Part shown: positions 37,602-47,052 of the stretch, in pieces
How the letters are laid out: every line of letters starts with the position of its first letter
Position numbering within the stretch: position 1 is the first letter of the stretch
DNA from: a virus
DNA: 64,000 nt
Strand: one strand, 5' to 3'
UHGV virus genome: UHGV-1368192
Translations under genes and position numbers: made by a program
The notes under the pieces: generated by a model
What the model was told of the DNA's origin: nothing
The model's database searches: none
Seen by the model: the letters and a program-made list of their open reading frames with translations, nothing else

Positions 37602-38622
37602 ATATGTCCTCGATAGAGTTCACTTCTTCAGCGTTGATCTCTTTGTAGTGTCTAACGCCTGAGGAGAGATAGTATTCAAGCTCTGCAGCGACCTTACGCC
37701 ACGATGGTACGCTGTGATCACCGATAGAGTAACCTGTGCTACCATCCTTCGTCTGGCTGAACTTAAATGCTAGAGGTCGTGGCGTTCCGTTGTTACGCAC
37801 CACGATAAAGTGGAAGTCGTCAAGCTCATAGTCCTTGAACTGCTCATGCTGATTCATCCTAGCCCTGATGATATCATAGTACATCTGAGCTTGAATGCCG
37901 TAGTTCCATTCGATGACTGACTCTGGGAAGTCATCTTCTACCTTGCTGGTGGTCTTGAGGTCAATGATCCTCACAAGCTTCTTAGCGTGGTCCACAGTGA
38001 TGATGTCAGCCATACAGCGCAATCCTACACGGCCCATCTTAGCTGTGAACTTCAGCTGGTAGAAGATCTCACCGTCGAAGGGTGGTACCTCCAGGACCTT
38101 TGATACACCTGTGTTAGCTCGTAGGGCATTCACACACGCCATAGCCTTATCCAGCTGGTCCTGGGTGATGATGTTCTTACCTTGCGTCTTCCTCACAGCG
38201 TCAAAGTACTCAGCACAGCCGTGTACGTTCTTCAGTCGTGAGGACTTGTACCGATCATCGATGTAGTACTTACACTCAATGCATGCCTTGTGTATCTCTT
38301 CCTCAGGAACTTCTACCACCTTACTATAAGTGGTTGAGGAGAGAAGAAGGTCTACAACGTCCTTTAATTTCCCTGATGGCACATTGTCTTCCTTTCCTAC
38401 TACATAGCGCTCAGGGAACTCCTCTGGCGCTGTGAAGAGGCAATCGACTAACGAACCGAAGGTTAGTGATGCAGATGTGACCTTGTCGTCTAGGTTGTCG
38501 ATCCTCCCTATACCTTCCCTGAGGAAGCGAGAGATCTTACTATAAGACAAAGCCGGATCCGCACGGTAGGTATCCTCGCTTACGTCCCAAGCAAGGTCCT
38601 TGAAGTTCGGATGGTTACTCAT
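37585..38622 (-). CDS. PD-(D/E)XK exonuclease (YqaJ or RecB-family-like)
   Basis: N-terminal ALSYSKISRF...SLTFGSLVD. ADIITVDHAKKLVRIIDLKTTSK provides the D..D/ExK motif. IQAQMYY provides the QxxxY motif. Confidence 0.55.
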   Translation of the reverse strand: MSNHPNFKDLAWDVSEDTYRADPALSYSKISRFLREGIGRIDNLDDKVTSASLTFGSLVDCLFTAPEEFPERYVVGKEDNVPSGKLKDVVDLLLSSTTYSKVVEVPEEEIHKACIECKYYIDDRYKSSRLKNVHGCAEYFDAVRKTQGKNIITQDQLDKAMACVNALRANTGVSKVLEVPPFDGEIFYQLKFTAKMGRVGLRCMADIITVDHAKKLVRIIDLKTTSKVEDDFPESVIEWNYGIQAQMYYDIIRARMNQHEQFKDYELDDFHFIVVRNNGTPRPLAFKFSQTKDGSTGYSIGDHSVPSWRKVAAELEYYLSSGVRHYKEINAEEVNSIEDIYAKRI

Positions 38623-39043
38623 TGTTCTTAGTATGTTCTATAAATTCTTTGATGTCCTTGACTGTCTTGATCTCCCAGAAGTGGATCTCGAGATCTGTCT
38701 TGAGCTGTTCTAGGTATTGTAGTATGAGCTTCCTCTTTACAGGGTAAACATCATTGGCGAAGCCCTTGCACTCTATGATATGCAGCTGGGTCTTCGTCAT
38801 ATAGACGAAGTCAGGCATGTATGTGATGGCTCTTACCACATTCACGATCTTGTACATCGATGAGTGGAAGTTCACCTGCTTAGGCTCGAACTTCTCCATG
38901 AGCGTCATCTTCTTAGGCTCATGTAGGATGTCTAGCCCATGATTCTCACATACCTTGTAGAATCTTTCTTCCAGCTTAGAACGGAACTTGATCCCCTTGT
39001 ACTCCGTCCAGGAGGCTCCCCTGATCTTCTTGTTTCCCGTCAT
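38615..39043 (-). CDS. small PD-(D/E)XK-like endonuclease (resolvase or Vsr-like fold?)
   Basis: FRSKLEERFYK...YMPDFVY...IIECKG gives an E...PD...ExK arrangement. Confidence 0.35.
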   Translation of the reverse strand: MTGNKKIRGASWTEYKGIKFRSKLEERFYKVCENHGLDILHEPKKMTLMEKFEPKQVNFHSSMYKIVNVVRAITYMPDFVYMTKTQLHIIECKGFANDVYPVKRKLILQYLEQLKTDLEIHFWEIKTVKDIKEFIEHTKNNE

Positions 39044-40007
39044 GATACATTAGTGTGAGAACGACCTCGGCCATAACATCCACCCCATAGGTCTCAGCGA
39101 GATCTGATGGGTCCTTACATCCATAGTCCTTGGGTAGGACTAGGTTGATAAGTCTTGGGTACTTCTCTCGCAACACGGCGGCGTAGTGCTGCCCATTGTT
39201 GACGCTAGAGTCGAAGTCGTTATCGTATAGTAGGTAGACCTCCTCAAAGCGCTTAAAGAGATCCATCATCACCTTATGGTTAGGTTTAGTCCCTTCGGAC
39301 TGCATCGCCGTGGCAGGAATACCTATAGCCTTCCACAGGCACATGGCGTCCTTCCTAGACGATGTGATGATGAGTCTCTTGCCCTGAGGAGGTAGGAGAG
39401 TCCACAGGTTCCACACTGAAGCATCAGTGTTAGATAGCCACTTCATCTTCTGACTCTTTGGCTGGTAGACCTTGATATGCATACGACCATCTTTATTCTC
39501 TACATAGGCGTAGGATAGTGCTTCCGCTGGGAAGGTGTTATACCCACTACCTCTGTTGATACTGATCGTCTTGACAGCATACACACCGAACTCTGTAAGG
39601 TCCTTAGTAGAGATACCATAGGCAGACCAATACTTCTCATCCACCGCACTGAACTCACGCGTTGTCACTGAAATGTCTATGATCTGATCTACTACCTCCA
39701 TCTGTAACCTGTTGTGATTCTTGATAGTCTTGTTCCCGAAGTCCTCGATGAGCTTGGCTCTTGTCTCGCCTGTGAGCAAAGATATCAATTTTAACACAGA
39801 CCCTGATTCGCCGGTCCCATGATCCTTATAAAGAATGCCTCCCTTTCGACCTTTGAAGATCGAGAAGGAGGCACCTCTATCTAGTCTCATTGGGGAGCGG
39901 ATGAGGCAAGGGACTCTCTCCACGCCAAGGTATTCCTTGAGCATGTTGAGGTCCCGAGCTTCATCTATGAACCGGTCACTATCTGTTATGCCCAGTCCAA
40001 ACGCCAT
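38976..40007 (-). CDS. DnaG-like primase (TOPRIM) with a degenerate Zn-ribbon
   Basis: VPCLIRSPMRLDRGASFSIF resembles the CPFHxExTPSFxV ribbon. YLLYDNDFDSSVNNGQ is a DxD TOPRIM motif. The real start is probably downstream of the 38615 gene overlap. Confidence 0.5.
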   Translation of the reverse strand: MAFGLGITDSDRFIDEARDLNMLKEYLGVERVPCLIRSPMRLDRGASFSIFKGRKGGILYKDHGTGESGSVLKLISLLTGETRAKLIEDFGNKTIKNHNRLQMEVVDQIIDISVTTREFSAVDEKYWSAYGISTKDLTEFGVYAVKTISINRGSGYNTFPAEALSYAYVENKDGRMHIKVYQPKSQKMKWLSNTDASVWNLWTLLPPQGKRLIITSSRKDAMCLWKAIGIPATAMQSEGTKPNHKVMMDLFKRFEEVYLLYDNDFDSSVNNGQHYAAVLREKYPRLINLVLPKDYGCKDPSDLAETYGVDVMAEVVLTLMYHDGKQEDQGSLLDGVQGDQVPF

Positions 40008-41068
40008 TAGAACGTAGCTGGCTCATTAGCGAAGGGATCGTCATCACCAGTTACATCAGCTCCACCTGCGAGAGGATCAGCGTTGCCAGCGCCACCGAAG
40101 GGATCATCATCCCCTGAGAGCTCAGCGCTGCTTGCCGTAGCTGAACCTACGTTGTTAGGAGCCTTGGCAAACGTAGAGATCGTGTTAGCTGCGAAGGGTG
40201 CGATAGCGTCCGTAGAGAACTGATCCTTGATAGATCCACCGAAGGCAGCGAGCTCATCGACGTGCTTAGCGACCTGCTTGTTGATGTAGGTAGCCTTAGC
40301 ATACGATGTGAAGAAGAGACGATTGTAGATCGACTGATAGAACACTGATGGATTATCCTTGTCCTGACGAGCCGTGAACATCAGCTTGACAGCACGGAGC
40401 TCACCGATCTTGACGATACCCTTCAGCTCCTTCATCTTGCCAGCGAGGAGACTCTTGATATCGTCGATGCAGCACTCAGCCTCCTGAAGGTTAGCGATAG
40501 GGAGCCACTGTTTCGTGTTGTTGTCATACTGATGTGTCTCAGGGATCTGCAGGAACGTGCGGATGAACTTCACGAGATCTTCCTCACCACGTACGGCACG
40601 ACGGAAGCCAGGGAAGATACGAGCCTTGAAGCCGCTGTCATAGACTACCTCCTTCTTCTCTTCTACCTGCTCAGCCGTAGCCCATGCAGTGTTACCATAC
40701 TTGTCGATTACCTGATAGCGGATAGGCTTGCCGTTCTCGCCCTTAGACTGGAAGAACTCCTTGTAGAGACGGAAGCGGATGGAAGAGTTGAGCTTACGTC
40801 CATCGACCATTTCCTCGAGGGTCTCTACGTGGAATACGATGTCCACGTAGTCTACGGTGCGCTGTACGTTGCCCTGCTCATCCTTGTACTCTGCAGTACC
40901 GGAATACTTAGGCTCTTCTCGGTCGATCTTTCGACCAAGGAGATCGCTGAGCTCAGCGTTGGTTGGGTTGACTGCGATTACACGCACAGGTGCGATACCT
41001 ACATATACGTCGCGTGCTTCTGATGTGAGAGAGAGAGACTGATTGTTCTCGCCTTTTGCAAATGCCAT
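40007..41068 (-). CDS. putative single-stranded DNA-binding protein with duplicated acidic DDDPF tails
   Basis: C-terminus ..GDDDPFGG...GDDDPFANEPATF resembles the bacterial SSB DDDIPF tail. Confidence 0.4.
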   Translation of the reverse strand: MAFAKGENNQSLSLTSEARDVYVGIAPVRVIAVNPTNAELSDLLGRKIDREEPKYSGTAEYKDEQGNVQRTVDYVDIVFHVETLEEMVDGRKLNSSIRFRLYKEFFQSKGENGKPIRYQVIDKYGNTAWATAEQVEEKKEVVYDSGFKARIFPGFRRAVRGEEDLVKFIRTFLQIPETHQYDNNTKQWLPIANLQEAECCIDDIKSLLAGKMKELKGIVKIGELRAVKLMFTARQDKDNPSVFYQSIYNRLFFTSYAKATYINKQVAKHVDELAAFGGSIKDQFSTDAIAPFAANTISTFAKAPNNVGSATASSAELSGDDDPFGGAGNADPLAGGADVTGDDDPFANEPATF

Positions 41069-41103
41069 AATACTTGTCTTGTTATGTTAGTTATGATTCT
41101 TGA

Positions 41104-41655
41104 TTAGTTGAAAGGTAGATCATCGATGGATGAGGAGAAGGGATCTTTGTCCTCTTCCTCATGATCGTAGCTTGAAGGATGGACGAACTCCGTAGTCTCA
41201 GCATCCTCTACTGGGATGATGTCGTGATCGCCCTCTTCCTCAGGATCGAGATCTGGTGTCTCGTCTTCCTCAGGTTCTTCGATGTCTGGCTGTTCGTCCT
41301 CAGCCTCGTCCTGGTCCTCATTGCTGGGGATGACGACTACGATCTTCATCTGTTCGTCGTGACTGAGGTCAGCGAACTCCTTGGGGCTGAGACCACCGGT
41401 GAGCTTCTTGAGGTGCTCAGCGTTGAGGTCGATGAGTGTCTTGTAGGATTCCTCCTCTACACCCATAGCCTCTAGTTTCTTAGCGTATCGAGCTCGTACA
41501 GCCTCTGCTGCACGCTGTGCTGCACGCTGAGCTTCTTCCTCGCACTTAGATGCTACTACTGTTTTCTTCTCCTCAATACCGGCTACCTTAGACTTGTAGT
41601 CTTCGATGACCTTGAGGATCCAGCGCATTGCTGTTACTTCTGTTCTTGATGCCAT
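41104..41655 (-). CDS. acidic protein with an SSB-tail-like C-terminus (..SIDDLPFN)
   Basis: N-terminal coiled-coil, highly acidic C-terminal half ending IDDLPFN. Confidence 0.4.
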   Translation of the reverse strand: MASRTEVTAMRWILKVIEDYKSKVAGIEEKKTVVASKCEEEAQRAAQRAAEAVRARYAKKLEAMGVEEESYKTLIDLNAEHLKKLTGGLSPKEFADLSHDEQMKIVVVIPSNEDQDEAEDEQPDIEEPEEDETPDLDPEEEGDHDIIPVEDAETTEFVHPSSYDHEEEDKDPFSSSIDDLPFN

Positions 41656-41677
41656 GCTTATAAGTTGTTAATGGTTA

Positions 41678-42457
41678 TTACTTGATCTCTGCGGCTGGCT
41701 TAACTGCAGAGGGTTTCTTTTCTTCTTTCTTAGGAGGTTCCTCCATGGTCCCTTCCTCCTCATAGTAGGCACGTGAGATATCGAGGACTGCCTGAAGGTC
41801 GTTGTCGATGTATCTCTCCTCAAACATACCTACAGGTGACTTAGCTGGGATGGTGAAGCCATGACGCTTAGTCCTGCGAGTGATGAAGCGATAGACAGGT
41901 TCGTCTTCCTCATCATCAAACTCTACGTCCGTGAAGAGGGTGACGGTGACAAGCTCCAGCGGGTTAGACTGCTTGTCTACCAGCTTACCTACTGAGGAGA
42001 GCTTGTACTCTGGAAATTCCAGGGTGGTGTCGTCATCCTTCTCGACGTGCATCATCAGGACTACCTGTAGATCCGCGCGCTGCTTAGAGAGGAAGTAGAG
42101 TAACTCCTGGAAGTTAGCCGCCATACGGTTGAACTTGTCGTAGCCCTTCTCCCCTGCGCGGATAGTGTTGAAGCTCTCGTTACGCATCAGATAGATCGTA
42201 TCGTCAATGACGATGGTCTTGATATGCTTGAGAGGACCATCAGCCTTGGTAGAGGCGATGAACTTCATGATCTGGTGGTAGTCGTCGGTCTCTACGAAGT
42301 TGCGGTTCTGAGTGTTGAACTTCTTCTTGTAGCCACGGAAGGGGATGTCCTTCAATGGTACGACGTTGATGATTAGTGTCTCCTCAGGCCTGAGGTTGCG
42401 CATTGAGTAAGACTTGCCTGTACCAGTCTTACCAGCGACGATGATTGCTTTTGCCAT
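41678..42457 (-). CDS. P-loop ATPase (Sak4 or AAA_24-like recombination ATPase?)
   Basis: Walker A IIVAGKTGTGKSY. Walker B KTIVIDDTIY. Confidence 0.5.
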   Translation of the reverse strand: MAKAIIVAGKTGTGKSYSMRNLRPEETLIINVVPLKDIPFRGYKKKFNTQNRNFVETDDYHQIMKFIASTKADGPLKHIKTIVIDDTIYLMRNESFNTIRAGEKGYDKFNRMAANFQELLYFLSKQRADLQVVLMMHVEKDDDTTLEFPEYKLSSVGKLVDKQSNPLELVTVTLFTDVEFDDEEDEPVYRFITRRTKRHGFTIPAKSPVGMFEERYIDNDLQAVLDISRAYYEEEGTMEEPPKKEEKKPSAVKPAAEIK

Positions 42458-42462
42458 GCTTA

Positions 42463-43587
42463 TTACTTTCTGAAAGTTTCTATTAGTTTGAGGTCGTCAG
42501 CCACATACCCTGCCTCATCCTCTGGCTTCTTAGCCTCCTTGAAGTAGGCCATTGCACCACAGAAGATAAGACCGATAGTGCTACCGACTTCCCCATCTCT
42601 GTTCTTCTCTATGGATAAGAAGCGGATATTATCCTTGTACTTCTTGATATCATACCCTGCGTACTGAGGGATGTCGTGTACAGCTGGTGAGTATATCCCC
42701 ATCATAACATCAGCATCCCTATACGTGTACTTAGTGTCTGCCAGACCTGAGCGTGTTGGTCGTGTGCGCTTAGCCTTGACAGCTTCCTGAGTCTCATTCT
42801 CGCCAGACTGCTGTTGTACCACTACAGGTATGAACTTGTAGAAGTTAGCTGCCTTCTTCTTGAGGTACTTGCTCAGTCGGTCCATAGAAGCCTTGAGAGA
42901 CTCGCCCTTACTTGGCATGAGGAGAGATATGTGGTCAAGCCATATGATCACATACTTGTTGTCGTCTGCGATCTTATAGGACTCTGGCACCTTGGTCGTG
43001 GTGATAACACCGGTGACTTCATCTACCTCTTCCTTCTCCTCATATCCTATAGTGCCGTGCATCTCAGCGTACCTCTCAATCTCATGTTCAATACCCTCCA
43101 TCGTATCGGCGGACTTGAAGAGCATACAAGACTCAAAGTATCTGAGGAAGGACTGAAAGTCCTTTGTCTCCATATACTTCTTCGTCTCCTCATCGATCTT
43201 CTGCTCAGGGTGAGTACCCTTGAGGACCGACTTAGGTACGACCTTCTTGAGGTTGCGATAGAGTAGGTAGCTGATAAACCTCAGCATGATATCCTCCTGG
43301 GTTTCCTCAAGAGGAAATGCTATGACATTGACCTTTATACGCCCATTAGAGTAGAACGCCTTGAGGATAGGCTCAAATAGGAAGTAGGCACAGGTGAACT
43401 GTGATTTACCTCCATTTGAGTAAGCCGTGATCAGGTGATACGTGGCTCGCTGTATCCCAGGAAAGCTCCGCTTGAACCTCTGGAAAGACAAAGGTATGAT
43501 ATTCTTTTGGACATCATCCACAGCCTGAGCTGTGCTTATGAGGTCCAGGACTTTATCCGTTAGTGACTTCCTTTTCGTCGTACTCAT
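42463..43587 (-). CDS. DnaB-like replicative helicase (RecA-fold C-terminal domain)
   Basis: LITAYSNGGKSQFTCAYFL is Walker A. VIIWLDHISLL is Walker B. Domain order is as in the DnaB C-terminal domain. Confidence 0.55.
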   Translation of the reverse strand: MSTTKRKSLTDKVLDLISTAQAVDDVQKNIIPLSFQRFKRSFPGIQRATYHLITAYSNGGKSQFTCAYFLFEPILKAFYSNGRIKVNVIAFPLEETQEDIMLRFISYLLYRNLKKVVPKSVLKGTHPEQKIDEETKKYMETKDFQSFLRYFESCMLFKSADTMEGIEHEIERYAEMHGTIGYEEKEEVDEVTGVITTTKVPESYKIADDNKYVIIWLDHISLLMPSKGESLKASMDRLSKYLKKKAANFYKFIPVVVQQQSGENETQEAVKAKRTRPTRSGLADTKYTYRDADVMMGIYSPAVHDIPQYAGYDIKKYKDNIRFLSIEKNRDGEVGSTIGLIFCGAMAYFKEAKKPEDEAGYVADDLKLIETFRK

Positions 43588-43822
43588 TGGGGTCTAGGTT
43601 GAGGAGAAGAGCACCTACCTCAATACGGTTATTGATGGCTCGGCTCTGCGCCTTCTCATATAATGCGAGCATCTTGAGGCGTGCGCCTACCAATGCTGAC
43701 TTAGCTGTATCTGCTACGAAGTGGGTGTAGACAGGCTGTTCTAGTTGATCGATCTCGTTGTAGAGGCAGATGGTAGCCTGATAGCCATCGCCATTCTTGA
43801 TCATGCTGTGCGTAATCTTCAT
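43553..43822 (-). CDS. hypothetical protein (89 aa)
   Basis: ORF overlapping the helicase start region. Confidence 0.4.
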   Translation of the reverse strand: MKITHSMIKNGDGYQATICLYNEIDQLEQPVYTHFVADTAKSALVGARLKMLALYEKAQSRAINNRIEVGALLLNLDPNEYDEKEVTNG

Positions 43823-43837
43823 TTGCTTGTTTGTTTG

Positions 43838-44215
43838 TTATACTAGGGTTTGTGTCCAGTCCTCTTCTTCCACGATCATCTCGTCTCCGAGCTCGATCCA
43901 GTTGAGGAGGTAGGACTCGTGTTTAGGGGTTTGTGGTGTGCCTCCGTAGCTGAAGATGAAGTCCTCAAGGCCTCTCAGATAAGTCCAGTCGCCTCTCAGT
44001 GAGTCGATGTACTTCTTAGTGGCCTCGATGATGACCTCTTCCTCAATCTCCCTATTGGGGTCAAAGACAGTACGGAAGTTTGTTAGTGATATTGCTATGT
44101 TCGCTGGTGCCCCAGCAAACGGCACTGAGTAGCCTGGCCTCTTCCCCTTCGGGTAGAGTGCCCTTAGCTGTCTAGCTAGTGGCAACTCCTCAGCGCTAGA
44201 TCGTATCTTACTCAT
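43838..44215 (-). CDS. hypothetical protein (start trimmed to MSKIRSS..; track ORF 43838..44368)
   Basis: The longer ORF overlaps the upstream gene by about 150 nt. The internal Met at 44215 abuts the stop of 44212..44736. Confidence 0.4.
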   Translation of the reverse strand: MSKIRSSAEELPLARQLRALYPKGKRPGYSVPFAGAPANIAISLTNFRTVFDPNREIEEEVIIEATKKYIDSLRGDWTYLRGLEDFIFSYGGTPQTPKHESYLLNWIELGDEMIVEEEDWTQTLV

Positions 44216-44736
44216 CTTAGTCGGTGTCTGATGTTCTTTACGTAGTGATATATGATACTCTTGAACTGTAGGTCTGCATCTACATGGGCTATCACCTTGT
44301 GCATTTGCAGTGGCTCTATGATCGTTCTGGTACTCCTGTACTTCGATATAGCCTCTCTGAGGGACCATATCGAGAACTGTGGGTACTTCTGCCTGAACGC
44401 TCGGATTGAGGAAGACAGAGAGACTATATTGTCCTGCTTGCCGGGCTTGTAGTGGAAGAGTAGCTCTCTTGCGAGCTCTACCTCATCCATCTCCCTCACC
44501 CCATGCTTCATAGCCTTCCAGATGATAGCGTCAGTTTCAGCTGTTGCAAAATATGCACCATCTTCCTTGACGATATTCACGATGTGTCCTATCTCATTGT
44601 AGAGATGCTCCCCGGTCCCTTCTTGGGCGGTGAGTATCCTGCTACTGATGAGTAGTGCCATCTCCTGATAGGTCAGACCTATGCTCTCAAGGTAAGCATC
44701 ATTGAATATGATTTGTCCGAATGAAATGTCTGTCAT
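44212..44736 (-). CDS. hypothetical protein (174 aa)
   Basis: ORF with 4 nt overlap to the helicase gene. Confidence 0.5.
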   Translation of the reverse strand: MTDISFGQIIFNDAYLESIGLTYQEMALLISSRILTAQEGTGEHLYNEIGHIVNIVKEDGAYFATAETDAIIWKAMKHGVREMDEVELARELLFHYKPGKQDNIVSLSSSIRAFRQKYPQFSIWSLREAISKYRSTRTIIEPLQMHKVIAHVDADLQFKSIIYHYVKNIRHRLR

Positions 44737-45983
44737 CTTGAGTGGTACACTTTCTGTCCATTTCCAACAACCTCAAGGGCGGACTTGAGGAACTCCTCGT
44801 CTCGGGTATTGTCGATACAGAGGATGACTACAAGGGGCTTATCATGGCGCAGGACACGTCCTACCTTCTGAATAACACCTCGTTCTCCTGCATCGAGTTG
44901 GGAGATAATGCCTACCTCACAGTCGAAGAGGTTGTAGCCTTCCTGCAACATACCCACAGCGAAGATCTCGTCAATCTTACCATCGTTGAAGTTGTCTAGT
45001 ATTGCTTGATTGTTCTTCTTCTTAGAGTGAATACTACATTCATAGTTCAGAGCATCAGCCTGGTCTATTGAGGAGACGAAGCATACGAACCTTTTACCCT
45101 TAGCGCGGATGCGGTCAGTGATACTCTTGATTCGTGATGTCTTAATCTCCCCAAGGATCCTCTTACGCTCTATGCAGGCGTTAAAGTATACCTGCTTGCT
45201 GTACTCTGTGCCTTGCTTGTCGTACATATCCTTAGCCCAGGTTACTCGGCTCTCAATGTAGTCGTAGTACTGCCTTTCCGTACAGCTGATCAGCACATTG
45301 GCTGATGGGTTATGCTCCTTAGAGATCCAGTAGAACCTTTTGTCGTAGCCTGTCTTGACAGTAAAGGGCTTGTTGGGGTCACGTACGACCTTGATGACCT
45401 GATTAGCCACCTTGTTGTCCAGTTTAGAGTGCATCACCCAGATCTCAGGCTCCGGTAAGACACCAGACTTAACAGCGTTCCTCAGAGTGACCTTCAGCGT
45501 CTGTAACTCCGGCCGTGCCTGCTTGAGGAAGGCTACTTCGCTTTCCTTCAATGTGGCACTGAGGAAGACAGTATATGTAGACTTGATGTCTAGGAATGCC
45601 TCCTTACGCTTGTCTGTGACCAGGTGGTGCGATTCATCAGCGATGATGAGATCGTACTCCTTACCTGCCAGCTTGTGCATAGAGTGGTAGCAATAAGTCT
45701 CGCATTCTACTCCCTCCTTCCTCAGGAACTTCTCAAACTCCGTCTCCCAGTTCTTGCCGTGGCCAACCTCATTGACGAGCAAGAGCACGCTCTTGATGTC
45801 TGGTATGCTGTTGATCACTTCAATGGCTAAGGCTGACTTGCCAAAGCCAGTAGGTAGGTTGAGGAGGATATGCTTAGCCTTATCCACGAGTAGTAGCTTG
45901 GCTAGCAAGCCTCGCATCTTCTCTCTATCCATAGGCGGACTCTTGTCTTTCTTTGTTGTTCGTTTCTTATACTTTCTACTCAT
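44733..45983 (-). CDS. SF2 DExH-box helicase
   Basis: Motif I LPTGFGKS, motif II DESHH, motif III SAT, motif VI QKVGRVLR. Confidence 0.75.
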   Translation of the reverse strand: MSRKYKKRTTKKDKSPPMDREKMRGLLAKLLLVDKAKHILLNLPTGFGKSALAIEVINSIPDIKSVLLLVNEVGHGKNWETEFEKFLRKEGVECETYCYHSMHKLAGKEYDLIIADESHHLVTDKRKEAFLDIKSTYTVFLSATLKESEVAFLKQARPELQTLKVTLRNAVKSGVLPEPEIWVMHSKLDNKVANQVIKVVRDPNKPFTVKTGYDKRFYWISKEHNPSANVLISCTERQYYDYIESRVTWAKDMYDKQGTEYSKQVYFNACIERKRILGEIKTSRIKSITDRIRAKGKRFVCFVSSIDQADALNYECSIHSKKKNNQAILDNFNDGKIDEIFAVGMLQEGYNLFDCEVGIISQLDAGERGVIQKVGRVLRHDKPLVVILCIDNTRDEEFLKSALEVVGNGQKVYHSR

Positions 45984-46112
45984 GTTACTGATTTTCTTAG
46001 ATAAGGGGGGTGACCTCCTTAGAAGCCACCCCCAATACCACCAACTATAATAAGCATAGCTATGTCGCCTTGGCGAAACAGCTTGTCAGTAACGACAGGT
46101 CAAAGGTAAGAA

Positions 46113-46544
46113 TTATTCCTCATCCTCTTCCCCATCGTCGTCCTCCTCAGGATCATCTTCTCCTGGGAAGGGGAACTCTACCTCGATAGCTTCCTCATCT
46201 CCTTCTTCAGCCAGCTCGTACATCTTGACACCGCTATACATCATACCGAAGGATTGAATAACCAGGCCCCACAGCCCAAGCTCCTCGATCCAGATGAAGA
46301 TGGTCTCTGGGTATCGCTTGGTGATTCTTAGGACCTCGTATAGATCCTTGTTGGTGAGGAGACAGGTATAGCAATCATCCTCAGTATCTGTAACGCGCAG
46401 GACCTCTGATGTGAAGCACTCCTCTCCCATGTAGGCGCATTCGTTCGTCTCATTCATCTGCAGAGCCTTACAGCACGCTACGGTGTTGTGGAGCTCATCG
46501 ATGATCTTCATTAGGTTAGTTTCCTTGACTCTTAGCTTTCTCAT
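46113..46544 (-). CDS. hypothetical protein with an acidic C-terminal tail (143 aa)
   Basis: ORF. C-terminus EDDPEEDDDGEEDEE. Confidence 0.5.
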   Translation of the reverse strand: MRKLRVKETNLMKIIDELHNTVACCKALQMNETNECAYMGEECFTSEVLRVTDTEDDCYTCLLTNKDLYEVLRITKRYPETIFIWIEELGLWGLVIQSFGMMYSGVKMYELAEEGDEEAIEVEFPFPGEDDPEEDDDGEEDEE

Positions 46545-46655
46545 ATCTCTTATGTATTGTTGTTAAATGATATAAGGGCCTAACCTCCCGGCCAGACCCT
46601 TACGATAGTGCTTGAAATGATTCTTGTGTTGTAGTGTTACAAAATTAGTGAATAC

Positions 46656-46740
46656 TTTTTGATCGCCCAAGATGCTGAGTGAAACTCCTCGGATGTCCCA
46701 AATCTGCGAGTGCATCTGGGCGATCATTTGTTTATTTTTC
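46656..46740 (+). terminator. long imperfect hairpin with T-rich tail (plus-strand terminator-like) inside a minus-strand gene block
   Basis: GATCGCCCAAGATGC (46661-46675) pairs with GCATCTGGGCGATC (46712-46725). The downstream sequence is ATTTGTTTATTTTT. It is covered only by a dubious 73 aa ORF. Confidence 0.4.
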
Positions 46741-47052
46741 TTCGTGGTGATAGTGGATGATTCCACGTACCACGCTCTCTGCATCGATGCTCTTCCTTAT
46801 GGCTTTCTCGAGCCCTTCGATCAAGTCTAGGATACCCTGAATGTCTGAGAGATGCTCAAGTGCATACTCTTTGACCTCATCAATCCTATCCTGAACCTCA
46901 AGGTTAGCCTTTAGGGTTCTTGTCGTTGCGATGTAAAGGTAGTCAATTTCTTTCTTATCAATCATGATTGCTGTTGTTAAATAGTTAGGGGCAGGCCTAA
47001 GCCTACCCCTATACTTGTTAGTTGAAGATGCTGCGTAACCACCATGCACCAC
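46732..47052 (-). CDS. hypothetical protein (106 aa)
   Basis: ORF only. Confidence 0.45.
   Translation of the reverse strand: MVHGGYAASSTNKYRGRLRPAPNYLTTAIMIDKKEIDYLYIATTRTLKANLEVQDRIDEVKEYALEHLSDIQGILDLIEGLEKAIRKSIDAESVVRGIIHYHHEEK

Noticed and set aside
46563-46784. 73 aa ORF covering the 46661-46725 hairpin
   Set aside because: It spans a long stem-loop and a T-run. Its start context is weak. It is more likely non-coding.
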